A DNA stretch of 64,000 bases from Camelus ferus. Taxonomy: Eukaryota. The stretch covers positions 42,534,001 to 42,598,000 of the forward strand of contig NC_045696.1 in assembly GCF_009834535.1 (NCBI RefSeq). The letters are read 5' to 3'. The number at the start of each line of letters is the position of its first letter. Position 1 is the first letter of the stretch. The notes below the pieces were generated by a model. That model was not told where the DNA came from and searched no databases. It worked only from the letters and a program-made list of their open reading frames with translations. Below, one piece after another: positions 53,352 through 64,000 of this stretch. Made by a program: the position numbers and the translations under genes.

Positions 53352-55695
53352 CTCTCTCTCGCTGACTAATTCACTTTGGGACCTTGGGAAAATCAACACA
53401 GCTTTCTGAACCCCAGTTTTCCTTATTTGTGGAGTGAAAGAATTCAACAATATAAGGTCCATTGTAGCGCCAAGGTACAATCTAGCTCTTAAATTTATAA
53501 TTTATATGACATTTCTTGGCTCCCTCAGAAACGTTTGTCTCATTATCCCTGGGAAGCGAACAGAATGTATTTGTTTTCTTTCATCTCCCCATTTGTCAGA
53601 GGCCTTTGAAAAATTCCTCTCTCTCCCTTCTTGATGTTCTGTTCTACCCTAGGCCACCCTGTGGACAGAGCAAATGCCTCAGACAGGAGCCGTGACTGGC
53701 TACACTCACCCTCTCTCTAAGCTGCTCTGCCAAAGGAGAGGCTTCCTCTCAAATAGAATGACTAGCAATAGGTTAGTTATGTTGGAAAAAAACAGCGAGT
53801 TTATTCAAGTATCATGGTCCTCAGTGAAAGAAACACGGAAGGTACTGCGGTGCTGAAGTAGGTGGATCTTTTGTTATTATTTGCAAGGCTCTCCCCGGTG
53901 GGCACTGCCCAGACCAGCCTGACGCCCCTCGTCCTCGTGGCTGGCAGCTGTGGAGCGCAGTCAGTTCCCTGGTTCTCCTCCAAGGTGAGCAGGGTCAGCT
54001 TTAAACAGCTTTGCTGTCAAGCAGCCTCATATTTGACTCCAAGCCCCTGACCTCACAAATCTTGAGGCTGGCACGGAAGTCGGTGAGTCCTTCTGCCTCC
54101 AGATTCCCCACAGGCCCTTCTCTCCTCTTACAAACAGTGCCTCATCAAGGCTCTGCCAGCCCACAGCAGAGCTGCAATTAGTCAGTGCAGCCATATTTCA
54201 ACGGTAATACAGTATTTTCTTTCACCGGGCATCCTTTCTTGTGGTCCCAAATTAAGCACCCACGAAAGAAAAACTGCCCTTGCAAATTTGGCCCTTCCTA
54301 TTAAATCACAGAGCCGACTTTGAGCTTTGTCAAATGATTGTCAACAAAGAGGGTGAGATTACACTGTCATTTTCTTATTAGCATTTCATTTAAAACATTA
54401 CCATATCAAACTGAGTTAATTCTCCTCCGGGTATAAATATTTAAATTTTCCAAGCTCCCATTATGTTCCTCGCCCCCATTTTATTCTTCACACAAGACAA
54501 AAATGAACATGATCCATGGAAGTGTCTGTTAGTCTCACTTAAGGCAAGGAGGAGATGGAAGAGGAACTGGTTCATGAGACGACAGATGTCCCAGGAAGGA
54601 AATATCTCCAAAATAAGACTCCTATGTCAACTCCTGTCTTCTTAAGTGACAGGGATGTTCCTAACTAAAATTATATCTGGCATGTCATTTCAAGTAAATG
54701 AGCTAAATAATGATGATGTCTGCAGATAGATACGTGTTTATATGTAATAGGTTACTTGAAGGTACTTACTGTCGGGGCAGAACCCTTTTGGGATGTGCCC
54801 ACTTGATCCTACTCTGCTCCCTTGTGTCACTGACATCTCCAGGTCACCACCAGGAAGCTAGACACTCCATGGGAACAGTCCTGGAAAAGGAAAGAAAAGA
54901 TCTAGTTTCCACTTTTGCTTCTGCTTCCGGAACTGTGGGCCAGCAGAGCACTAACGGGTCGGTCTGTATGGATGGGGCATTGTGTGGACCAGCTCAGAAA
55001 GATTGACGGTTCCAGTTCTCTGAAGTTAGTTAGTGGCCAGAGATTGGACTAGAAGGACAAGGGTGAGCAATCTGCTTGTCCAGTTTTTGATTTGCCCGAC
55101 CACACGTGTCCACTCTCTTACTTTTGACACCTGCAACCATAAGTTAAAGATTGATGATGAAAACACTTGATCATCTGGGAAGCGTTTTACAAAATCCTGT
55201 GTAGGCTTGTGGCATTCCACACTAATGCTATGAGGTTGTTTTTATTTTGCACGCAGCTGTGTAATAACTGAGCCCTGGGACAGCCCGCGGGACAATTGTG
55301 AATATAGCAATGCTTGTCTTTGGTCTCTCTGAGAGAAAAAAATATGGAGAGGTGTGGCTATTGTGCTGTATTAACATTTAGTTGTGCACCAATGACCAGG
55401 AGAGAATTGCCAATATCTGTGAGTAGGGCTTTACTTGAAGGTGTGATCACTCTGGGTATGAGTCTACTGGAGAATCTACATCTTTTAAAATGAGGACAAA
55501 AACTCAAAGGGTCTACACAGGTGAGCTACAGAGTTTGAATCTGTCTGTCTTGGTCTTGATTATAAATATATCATATGTATGTGTAAAATGAAAAATTATG
55601 TGTGCTTGTATATGTCTATGTTTACTTCATGTGGAGGCCTTATTTCCCTACAAACTTTTCCAAAATGACTGAAGTAGTCTCTAAAATGCAGTTCT

Positions 55696-55859
55696 GGAGG
55701 AGAGGATATAGGTCAGTGGTGGAGCGCATGCTTAGCATGCACGAGGTCCTGGGTTCAATCCCCAGTACCTCCATATAAATAAATAAATAAAAACCTAATT
55801 ACCTCCCTTTCCAAAAAAATAAATAAATGAAGTAAAATCAATATTTAAAAAAAAAAAAA
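55696..55859 (+). mobile_element. tRNA-Ala-derived SINE (camelid Vic-1-like)
   Basis: A box-like taggtcagtggt, cttAGCatgc, B box gggttcaatccc, aacctaattacctccc body, A-rich tail, TSD gcagttct (55688-55695 and 55860-55867). Confidence 0.9.
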
Positions 55860-57014
55860 GCAGTTCTTATGTCAATCACTTGTGATGATTTTTTCACACC
55901 TGTAGCCTTCTGGATAACGTCGAGGGGTTAATTACACCTCAGATCTGTCCTGTTGAGGCTGCAGACTGTCTCCTTAGTCTCATCTCTTACCCTGGCACTC
56001 TCTACATTATTTTCTAGTTACATCGAACTGTTTGCTTTGCCTTGGCAGTTGCATTTTCTCAAGTCTCCTTGGACTTGGAGTTGGTGTTTCCACACACCGT
56101 AAAGCTGTTTCACATATAAGCCTGGCTAACGCCTATGGATTTTCTTGAATTCGATTGCTCCTTCAAGGAAAGTGCATTCGCTCTCTACCAGCACTCAGAC
56201 CCCACCTGAGATTTGTGCTCCTCCTGTCTGTCCCTTGTTCATTTAATTATCATCCACTACATTGGAAATACTTTCTGGATAGGAATTGTATCTTTTATTT
56301 ATCAGCCTATCACTCTCAGCTGTGCTGGGCACACTGCATGTCAGTCAGCGTTTGTGGAACAAAGCGATGGAGGAAACTAAGGGCCAAGCTGGGAGGGACT
56401 TGGAAAGGGGCCTTCGGAGGGGCCAGCCCTCTGGACTCCAAGTAGATAGCTCAGTCTTTGAGTAGTGGTTCATTTTTGTGTTTTTCTGTTTGCTGCCCTT
56501 TGTCTGCCTTGATAGTGAGTTAAATCTTTTTTTAAAGTCCTGGCCTCCCTCAACTATTCTTAGAAGAAGACAGAAGAGATTTTGACTGTACTTGGGACAG
56601 AGCAGAAGAAGGGCACCCCACACCTCTGGGGCTAGTGAGATGGTGGAGCAGTAATGAAATGAGAGACTCGCAGGGGGGAAGAAGAGACTCCCGGGGAGAC
56701 TGGCCAGCCTGCTGGCTTGGCTATTTTCCCCCATGGAAAAGCCTGGGGGTTTGAGGGTTTGTTTCAATGAAGAAAACTCTGTTTTCTTAGAGTGCGTTGT
56801 TAGCTCCTACTTTGGGCCACATCCTCCTCTCTTTGCCAGGCTGTTGAGAGCCACCGTGTGGTCCTTCGGTTCCCAGAGAAGCCTCTCTGAGAGGCTGGAG
56901 CCTGCTTGGCTTCCTGCACCTGCGACGGGCAGGCTCTTCTCCAGGCAGCAGTCGCTTACCCAGGGCGTTTACCCTCACAGGTGCTAAGTGGTGATGGCTG
57001 ATAAAGACTAAGAT

Positions 57015-57435
57015 GCCATGTTTCACAGGGGCAGCTTCACTCTAAAACTTAGTGCCTTAATACAACAATCATTTGGTCTTCTCTCATATTTCTGTGTGTT
57101 TACTGTGTTAAGCTGGCCATTTTTCTGCTGGTCTCTCTTGAGGTTTCTCAGAAGGATGCGATCAGATGACATTCACATCATTGTCTCCTCTTGTGGGAGC
57201 TGGACCAGGGGAGCTGACTTCTTAGGTGGCAGCTCAGAGCTACCAAAAGTGAGCAAGGAGCAGAAGTTGTGAGTCCTCTTCAAGTCTAGGTACAGAATGC
57301 TCAAAAGGTCACTTCTGCTGCATCTGTGGGTTAATGGAAGTCACCAGGCAGCTCAGGTTTAATGTGGGAAGGACCACACAAGGTCATGAATACCACAGGG
57401 CAGAGTTCCTTGGGGACATCTTTTAAGATCAGTTA
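57015..57435. mobile_element. MLT1-type (MaLR) LTR
   Basis: ctaaaacttagtgccttaatacaacaatcattt..gtcacttctgctgcat..aagtcacca..gaccacacaaggtcatgaatacca..ggggacatctt. Confidence 0.75.
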
Positions 57436-58595
57436 ATAGTTAATAGGCCATAGGATACTTGCATATTAATAAGTGACAGATATTTTAAAAATAACTTTAA
57501 CTACTAATACTGTGGTGTGTTTCTTCCTTCTTGTGAAACTCTCTTCCTTTCGGCTTCCAGCTCTAATTCTCTCACCTTCGCTCAGCACTGTCCCCATCAC
57601 GTCTGTCTTGTGACCTTACTCCTCTTCCTTACTTTCACTGTTTCTGCTTCCTTTGTCTCCCCCCAAACAAAGGGGGAGACCCAGCCTCTGGGTCCCTGTC
57701 CCTCTCTCTCATCAGCCTTCCACTCTCTCCCCTTCCCGGAGCTCTCTCATGACTTCTCCTTGACCTTCTTGACCAGGCCCATCTTGAATCACTTCTCCTT
57801 TGCATTCCACACGTTGGGCATTTTGAACATTTGCAATTCGTTCTCATCTTTGTGCTGTGACATTTCCTGTTCTTCTCACAAGAAGGTGGGACTGTATTTC
57901 TCAAATGCTCAGTAACCTCCATTCTGCCCTTGGGACAAGCCTTGTCCCCATTTTAATTCTCTACCATTGTTCTTTCAACTCACTCCCACCTGCTCCGCTT
58001 TCTCCTTTCTCTGAGCTCTGTTGGTAGACATACTGTGTCAGAGCCACTTTTCACTAAGCACTTTCCTTTGTGCTTTACCAACAGATGTGCTTCTTGAGGC
58101 TAGAAACCATGGCTAATTGTCCTTAGCAGCTGTCACTCGGTCAGTGTCCAGCTCAGGGCTGACCATGTAGTGGGTGCTCTAATATGAGTGGATCAGTTAC
58201 ACAAACTTGCAGTGAGACTTTTCTGGGTCATCACCTCTCACCAGTGGAATTCTCAGGATAACTGAAGGTAACAAGGAAAAATAGAGGCTTCTCAATGTCT
58301 CCAATTCCCAGATGAGGTGTTTCCTACTTTGGTTCTGGATATTGGAAAATAAGAGTAACTAGTATTTTTATGGAATTCACAGCGTATGAAGCACAGTCAC
58401 TGACATTCACTTACTCACAATTTTCTAACTTCCTCCAGAATTGCTATGCATGTTGGGGCTAGAGGTATAATGTGTGATGATGGGATAAATGGAGGAAGTA
58501 GGGATGGGGAAATTTGGGTTTAAAAAATGTTCGAGAGGAGATTATTCCTTGTATTGGCCCTAAGGAAGGCTATCTCTTGAGTGTTATGTTGAGAA

Positions 58596-58730
<135 letters not shown>

Positions 58731-60479
58731 CAGGGTTTGCTTCTTTAATTTTCAGCCAAAAAGATAATTCCAGATATACAGACATATAAGGAATAGATAT
58801 CAGTATTGGTCAGCCCTCAGGAACCAGGAACCAAAAGGCTTAAGTCTTTCAAGATCCAGAGGGATTTTGAACCCCTCTTCCTCAAGCCAGCTCGTATGGC
58901 TTAATAGTTTTCCTGTTATAAGAATGGGGCAGATGACACAAAATTTCAGTTGTGAAAGGCAGCAAAACTGAAGCGAGAGAAAAGTAACATTGGAAATGAA
59001 AAATGTGTTAGCGCAAAAACCGGAGAGCTGAGGCTTTTGCACCAGACTGTGGATGCTGATTTTTAAGATTATGTCGCCACCTAGTAAGTCAGCATAGAAA
59101 TACACCCACAGCTAATGGCCGCCTCAGCCTGATGCTGAACACTGCTCCTCTGGTTAGCAGTCCCCGCGGGCACCTTTCTAAACATCTGCTAGCGCAAGAG
59201 TGCAAGTGTACGACCTGCCCCAGCATCTCTGAGTTCTCAGGTTTTCAGCCCCTGCTCACATTCTCCTGCTCATCCAGGCTCATGTAACGGAGAAGTCAAC
59301 AGCACATACTTGAGACATGAAACTGTGTCAGGAATTTCTCTCCATCTCTGTTATCTACCCTTGAAAAATGATTGGTTAAAAACACGCATATTATCACTTG
59401 CCTACTGTAAATAATTTTAACTCTGAGTTGTTCATTAGTGAAAACGTTTTGCGTTTTCTGCTTTCATTTCTGCCTAGTAAAAGAAGTGGTCTAATCATGA
59501 TATTTCTTTGTGAGGAAGCATTGAAATTACGGAATTACAAACACTAAACAGAGAACCCAACGTTTTAGTTGTTAAAGCCACATCTTTAGTTTTTCTGTTA
59601 TTTTAAAAATCTCTTGTTTCTCCTGCAGTGGTTGTTTGCACTGAATACTTGATCACTCCCCCTGATTTTGTTTTTATAAGGAGATCGTTAGCTTGATAAA
59701 ATATTACACAGGGTTTTAAGGTTTGGTGTCTACAGATGATTGGTTACCAGGAGTGGCATCCTGGCTATATATATACTTCTTGCTAATCTCAATTTTTCCC
59801 TCTGTGAAATGGGGACAACGATAGTATATATAATACTGGATTTTTTGGATGATTAAACTAAGGTGAAGTGCTAAAAAATATTAGCTATTATATTAACAAC
59901 AAAAATACATTGATTAAGAAATGGTAGAAACCAAGAATAGAAACTAATTTCATCTAGCCACTCACAATAGATCAAATACTTTAGCCAAATAAATAGAGCA
60001 GAGAGAGGGGGCATATAGTCTGAGACCAGGAAACCATCCACTTTTTAAAACTCCAAGTGATTACATTTAAAAAATTATTAAATGTTAATGATTATAAAAT
60101 TGATTAAATTCAAGTGCTTAAAAAGCCTTGAGAATGCACCCCCATTCTTTTTTCTATACTTTGTTCCTTCCTTATAGAAAACTATCCTCATTTCAGCCCT
60201 CCAAATAGTATCTACTCTTTACTTTAAGGACCATTCAGAATATTTTGACTGAAGGAACCAAGAGATTAGGGTAGAAAGTAGGGGAGGGGGCATTTTTGTT
60301 TTGGGAGCCTTTAACATTGGGGCTGTCAGTCATAGAACCATCAATTTTACTTCAGACATAACAGAGTCTGCCATTTGTCTTTTAATAGCCAGTTTTATTT
60401 TTTCCTTAAGAAAAATTTGGCTGGCACATAACTACATAGCTAAATATGTCTGGTTTCCTCCTGAAATAAATGTGGCTTT

Positions 60480-60810
60480 TGGACTTGTGATATGTCTAGC
60501 ATCTGGGTCATCTCCTTATGAAGCACACATGTGCCCTCCTCCCTTACCTCCTTCTCCTTTTCTCCTGACTGGGATGTAGATATGATGGCAGGACTAAAGC
60601 AGCTATTATGGGCCAAGAGATGAAACCTAAGTTTCAAGAGGAGCAGAGCAACAAGATAAAAGCAGCCTGGCTTCCCAGCACTGCTCTTGGGCCCTAGGAA
60701 CCCTGGAGTGCCTATGTAGACTTGTTGATGAGAGTGAAGCCAATGTCTATTTTACTTAAGCTTATATATTTTTTAATCTTTGCCATAGCAGTCTAAACTG
60801 TATTATAACA
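60480..60810. mobile_element. Old LTR fragment (LTR16/LTR33/MLT1-like)
   Basis: gagcagagcaacaagataaaagcagcctgg..tattttacttaagc..tgccatagcagtctaa. Confidence 0.45.
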
Positions 60811-61043
60811 AGCTAACAGTCTCAAAGAGTAACAAGCTAGAAATATGAATGTAAAATTACAGATTTTAAGTAAGAAGCATGCAAGGAACTCCTTCCCAAA
60901 GACTGGTCCTTTAAGGATGTTGAACTAGAAAAGACTTCTCATGTATGCAGAGAGGAAAATTCTCTTCTTAATAGTTGGTAGGAGAATTCTATTGTGTGGG
61001 GCTAGGGGGGGAGGAGGTCCTGCTTTCCTTAAAAGAAGCTGTG

Positions 61044-61145
61044 GGGGGAGGGTAATAGCTCAATGGTAGGGCCCTTGCTTAGCATGCACGAGGTCCTGGG
61101 TTCAATCCCCAGTACCACTGTAAATTTTTTTTTTTAAATTGGAAA
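61044..61145 (+). mobile_element. tRNA-Ala-derived SINE, short form
   Basis: ggggagggtaatagctcaatggtag..cttagcatgcacgaggtcctgggttcaatccccagtacc; perfect 13-bp TSD aaaagaagctgtg (61031-61043 and 61146-61158). Confidence 0.92.
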
Positions 61146-61404
61146 AAAAGAAGCTGTGAAGGAATTAAGTCAGGTAAAAGGATGGCTTGGCTGACACCCA
61201 AGTTTCACGCAGAGCAGTGAAACAACTCTGCATAAAAAGGAGGGGGAAAGGAGGGGCTATGGCTGAGCACTGTGTGTAGAGAGAATCAGGGAAAAGGCCA
61301 TGGTGGACAGACTATAGACGGCCTTTGGGAGAAGATAAAAAACATTCATTGGGGTTTATTAGGATATCTGCTACCTGGATTACAATGTAGATATCTGTAT
61401 CCTC

Positions 61405-61650
61405 TAATAGTAACTAAGCACTTTTAAACACTTCCTATGAGCCAGACATTTTTCTAAGAGTTTTACATCTGTAACACATGTAACCCTTACAGAAACTCCC
61501 TGAGGCAGGTGATACTATCATTATTTTGGTTTGCCAGATAAATAAACTGAAGCACAGAGAGGGAAATTAATTAGTAACAGTCATACCTGATGGTAATGTT
61601 TGGCATTTGAACTCAAATGTTTTGCCCTAACCAATATACTCTACTGTCTT
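61405..61650 (-). mobile_element. MIR
   Basis: ctatgagccagaca..ccctgaggcaggt..cagataaataaactgaagcacagagagg..atttgaactca. Confidence 0.8.
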
Positions 61651-63739
61651 TATAAAATGCTTACGTGATTCTTTATTGCTAACCATTATTTTCAGACAAG
61701 TAGAATTTGGTGACATAGGGGCTAGAGAAAGAGGGCAAACTGGACGCTGCTGTATTTAGTTAATCAGTACACATTAGCATACTAAAGGCTTCCCAGTAAA
61801 TAAATCTGCTTAACTCTGTTTAATTCAGAATTTTTCAAGTGTGCTTGATCACAGAACTATTGCGTTAAGCACTGCCTGTTAATACCCCCAAGAAGCTAGC
61901 GTTTCACTGAACATAATTTTTAAAATTCTAGGGGAGAAAGATATATTGATCTGGGGGATCTGGGGGTCAGGAGGTCAACCACATAGTCCTGATTTGGTGC
62001 TTATTTGATCATGTGGCTTTGAGCAAGTCACTGAAGATTTCTGGGCTTAGATTTCTTGATCTAGTAAAACAGTGGCCTTGAACTTGATGAAGAGATGACC
62101 AGTGACACCTGATCTTAAGGACCAGCCTTGTATGTGGAAAAGGCAAAGTGGAGATGCAGATATGAAGTCAGTAACTAAGTCCAGTTTTAAGCTGAAAAGG
62201 TAGAAGGTGGAGCCAGGAGACTTCCTCAAGCATTAGAGTACTGGCATCCAAGAATATATATGGTAGATGCCCCCAGAACTTTTAGGTTCCACATTTAGAC
62301 TTCATAAACATGAGAGTGTCACTGATTTCCATGTTAGCTCCAATCCCACTATACTTCCAATTAGTATCTTTCTCCAACTTGTGACCCAGGACATCCAACC
62401 AGTTATTTTACATTTATCTTGTTCATGTAGAACCTTGACAAAACACTATAGGAACAAATCAAACAGAATTGACAGTTGATCCTTGGCCAGGTGTCCACGG
62501 TAGACAAGGTATTCTAGCAGAGACAGTAGCATATACAAAGGCTTGAGTGTAAGGGATGGTTATGTAGGTTTGGTTATCCCTGAGCAGTGCCCTGGGTGAG
62601 TTCAGGGGGCCGTAGGTGTGAGTGTCGGCCAGGAAGGAGAATCACATGGAGAAGTGGCCGGAAATATAAGCTAAGTCTGGGTGGTGGAGTTTGTACCATC
62701 ATTGTATTAAGGCTGCCTTTCTCTGCATAGAATCAAGTTTTAGTTCCATCTCAGCAGGAGTTTCCAACAATTAAGCACAAAATAAAACTCCCTTCATTCT
62801 AATCAGATTGCATGTCTTTTGCTTTATCTTTCTCAGAAAAATGAAAATAGAAGTTAGGATATAATTAATTTCACAATTTGTTCTAATAGAATAATTCAGT
62901 CATCGTAGTGCTGAGATGGGATAGATGATGAATTTTCAGATGTTTGTTTATTTAGATGGAAATAGCTTCCTCTGTATAATAAGATATCTTCTACAGGAAG
63001 TTCCTCATGAGGTGGGCTGCTTTGTAGCTAGGTCTACTGCCTATGATGTCATCCTTTTGGAACTATTGCAACTAAATTCATCTCTGAGTGGGACCAGAGA
63101 TTTGTGTATTAAATATAATTGATGCTGTTGCTGGGGACCACTGATGAAGGCAGATCTGGTGAATGCAGAGGAAACCTTGACTTTAGGAAGCAAAACACGC
63201 TCCTCTTCCTGGTCTCAGGTTACTGATTCAGTCTCTTTCATCCCCACCTGCTCCTTTTTTACCTCACAGTCCCACTCATCTACTCTCTGCCCACTCTGGA
63301 TGCCTCCCTGTTCCCCTTACATTCCTGCCCTTTGATGCTAAGCTTTTGGAGATGCTATTTTCTCTACCTGGTCCAGGTAGGGGCTTCTCTTTGGCTGTTA
63401 TAATAATGCTTTGATACAATTTAAGTTATTCTCGACATCAATTCCTTGGCGTCAATCGGTTCAGCTATCAGCTATTATTAGCCTTGTGGTTTGATTAGTG
63501 GAGGCGAAGGAATTGGGGAAAAACGGAATTAGAGGGGGATAGAGAAAAGAGACTCCTCCCCAGGCTTCACTTTTCAGAGATAAGCTCTGTAATCCACATC
63601 CATAACCAGCAATTTAGAGGAGAAATACCCTTAACTGAGATCCATCTGGAGAAAAGGAAGGACGGTTGGAAGAAGGGAAGGGAGGGAGAGAGGGAAAGAG
63701 AGGTGAGGGGAAGGAGCCAGGAGGAAGGAACCTACTTCA

Positions 63740-63950
63740 CTTAGGCACTCTTCTTCCTAAATCAGCGCAAATGATTTCATTAAATCCTTGCTACAATCCT
63801 GTGAGGTTGGAGTTGTTACTTCCATTTTCCTTTGAAATATATAAGACTTAGAAAGTAAATAACATTTCCAAGGTCACACAGCTTATAAGATAATGAAGCT
63901 AGAATTTGAATCCAGTGTTTTTATGTCTTAAAAGTCTACATCTCTCTTTC
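63740..63950 (-). mobile_element. MIR
   Basis: cattaaatccttgctacaatcctgtgaggt..ccaaggtcacacagct..gaatttgaatccag. Confidence 0.8.
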
Positions 63951-64000
63951 CATTTCAACAACTACCAACAGCTCTGGTTAGTGCCTTATTACAGATGAGG

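Larger units (their letters stand above)
52250..53372 (+). mobile_element. MLT2-type (ERVL) solo LTR hosting two nested insertions
   Basis: Starts tgtgatgtttaac..gtcagcttgactgggccacagagtgcccagac; typical ctgcagatcttgggac..tgtaagccaa..ataataaat; residual end ctgactaat at about 53362-53370. Confidence 0.85.

Noticed and set aside
55696..55773. tRNA-Ala gene (also 61044-61118)
   Set aside because: TSDs, A/T-rich tails and imperfect stems indicate SINE copies, not tRNA genes.

Overview
Mammalian genomic DNA, most likely a camelid (alpaca, llama or camel), judged from two tRNA-Ala-headed SINEs of the camelid Vic-1 type and cetartiodactyl-style L1 3' ends. The first ~9.3 kb holds the last three coding exons (835-943, 6207-6236, 6654-6829) and 3' UTR of ZPLD1 on the + strand. 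Spliced together they read [11 protein letters not shown]...[30 protein letters not shown]...[TM]...NGIRNPVFD*. The remaining ~55 kb has no recognisable protein-coding gene. It is an intergenic tract of L1s, ERVL/MaLR/ERV1 solo LTRs, MIR/L2, DNA-transposon MITEs, SINEs and microsatellites, plus a few repeat-free blocks that may be regulatory. The most unusual items are three. (1) A ~355-bp TSD-flanked mini-L1 in which the L1 5' end is joined directly to the L1 3' end at what looks like a GT-AG splice junction. (2) A both-ends-intact L1 with two large ORF2 deletions, one carrying an inverted templated insertion. (3) A strong unannotated-looking splice acceptor in the ZPLD1 3' UTR that could give a TM-less isoform. 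I see no evidence for a wholly new multi-gene system. Repeat family names come from recalled consensus sequences, not from a database search.
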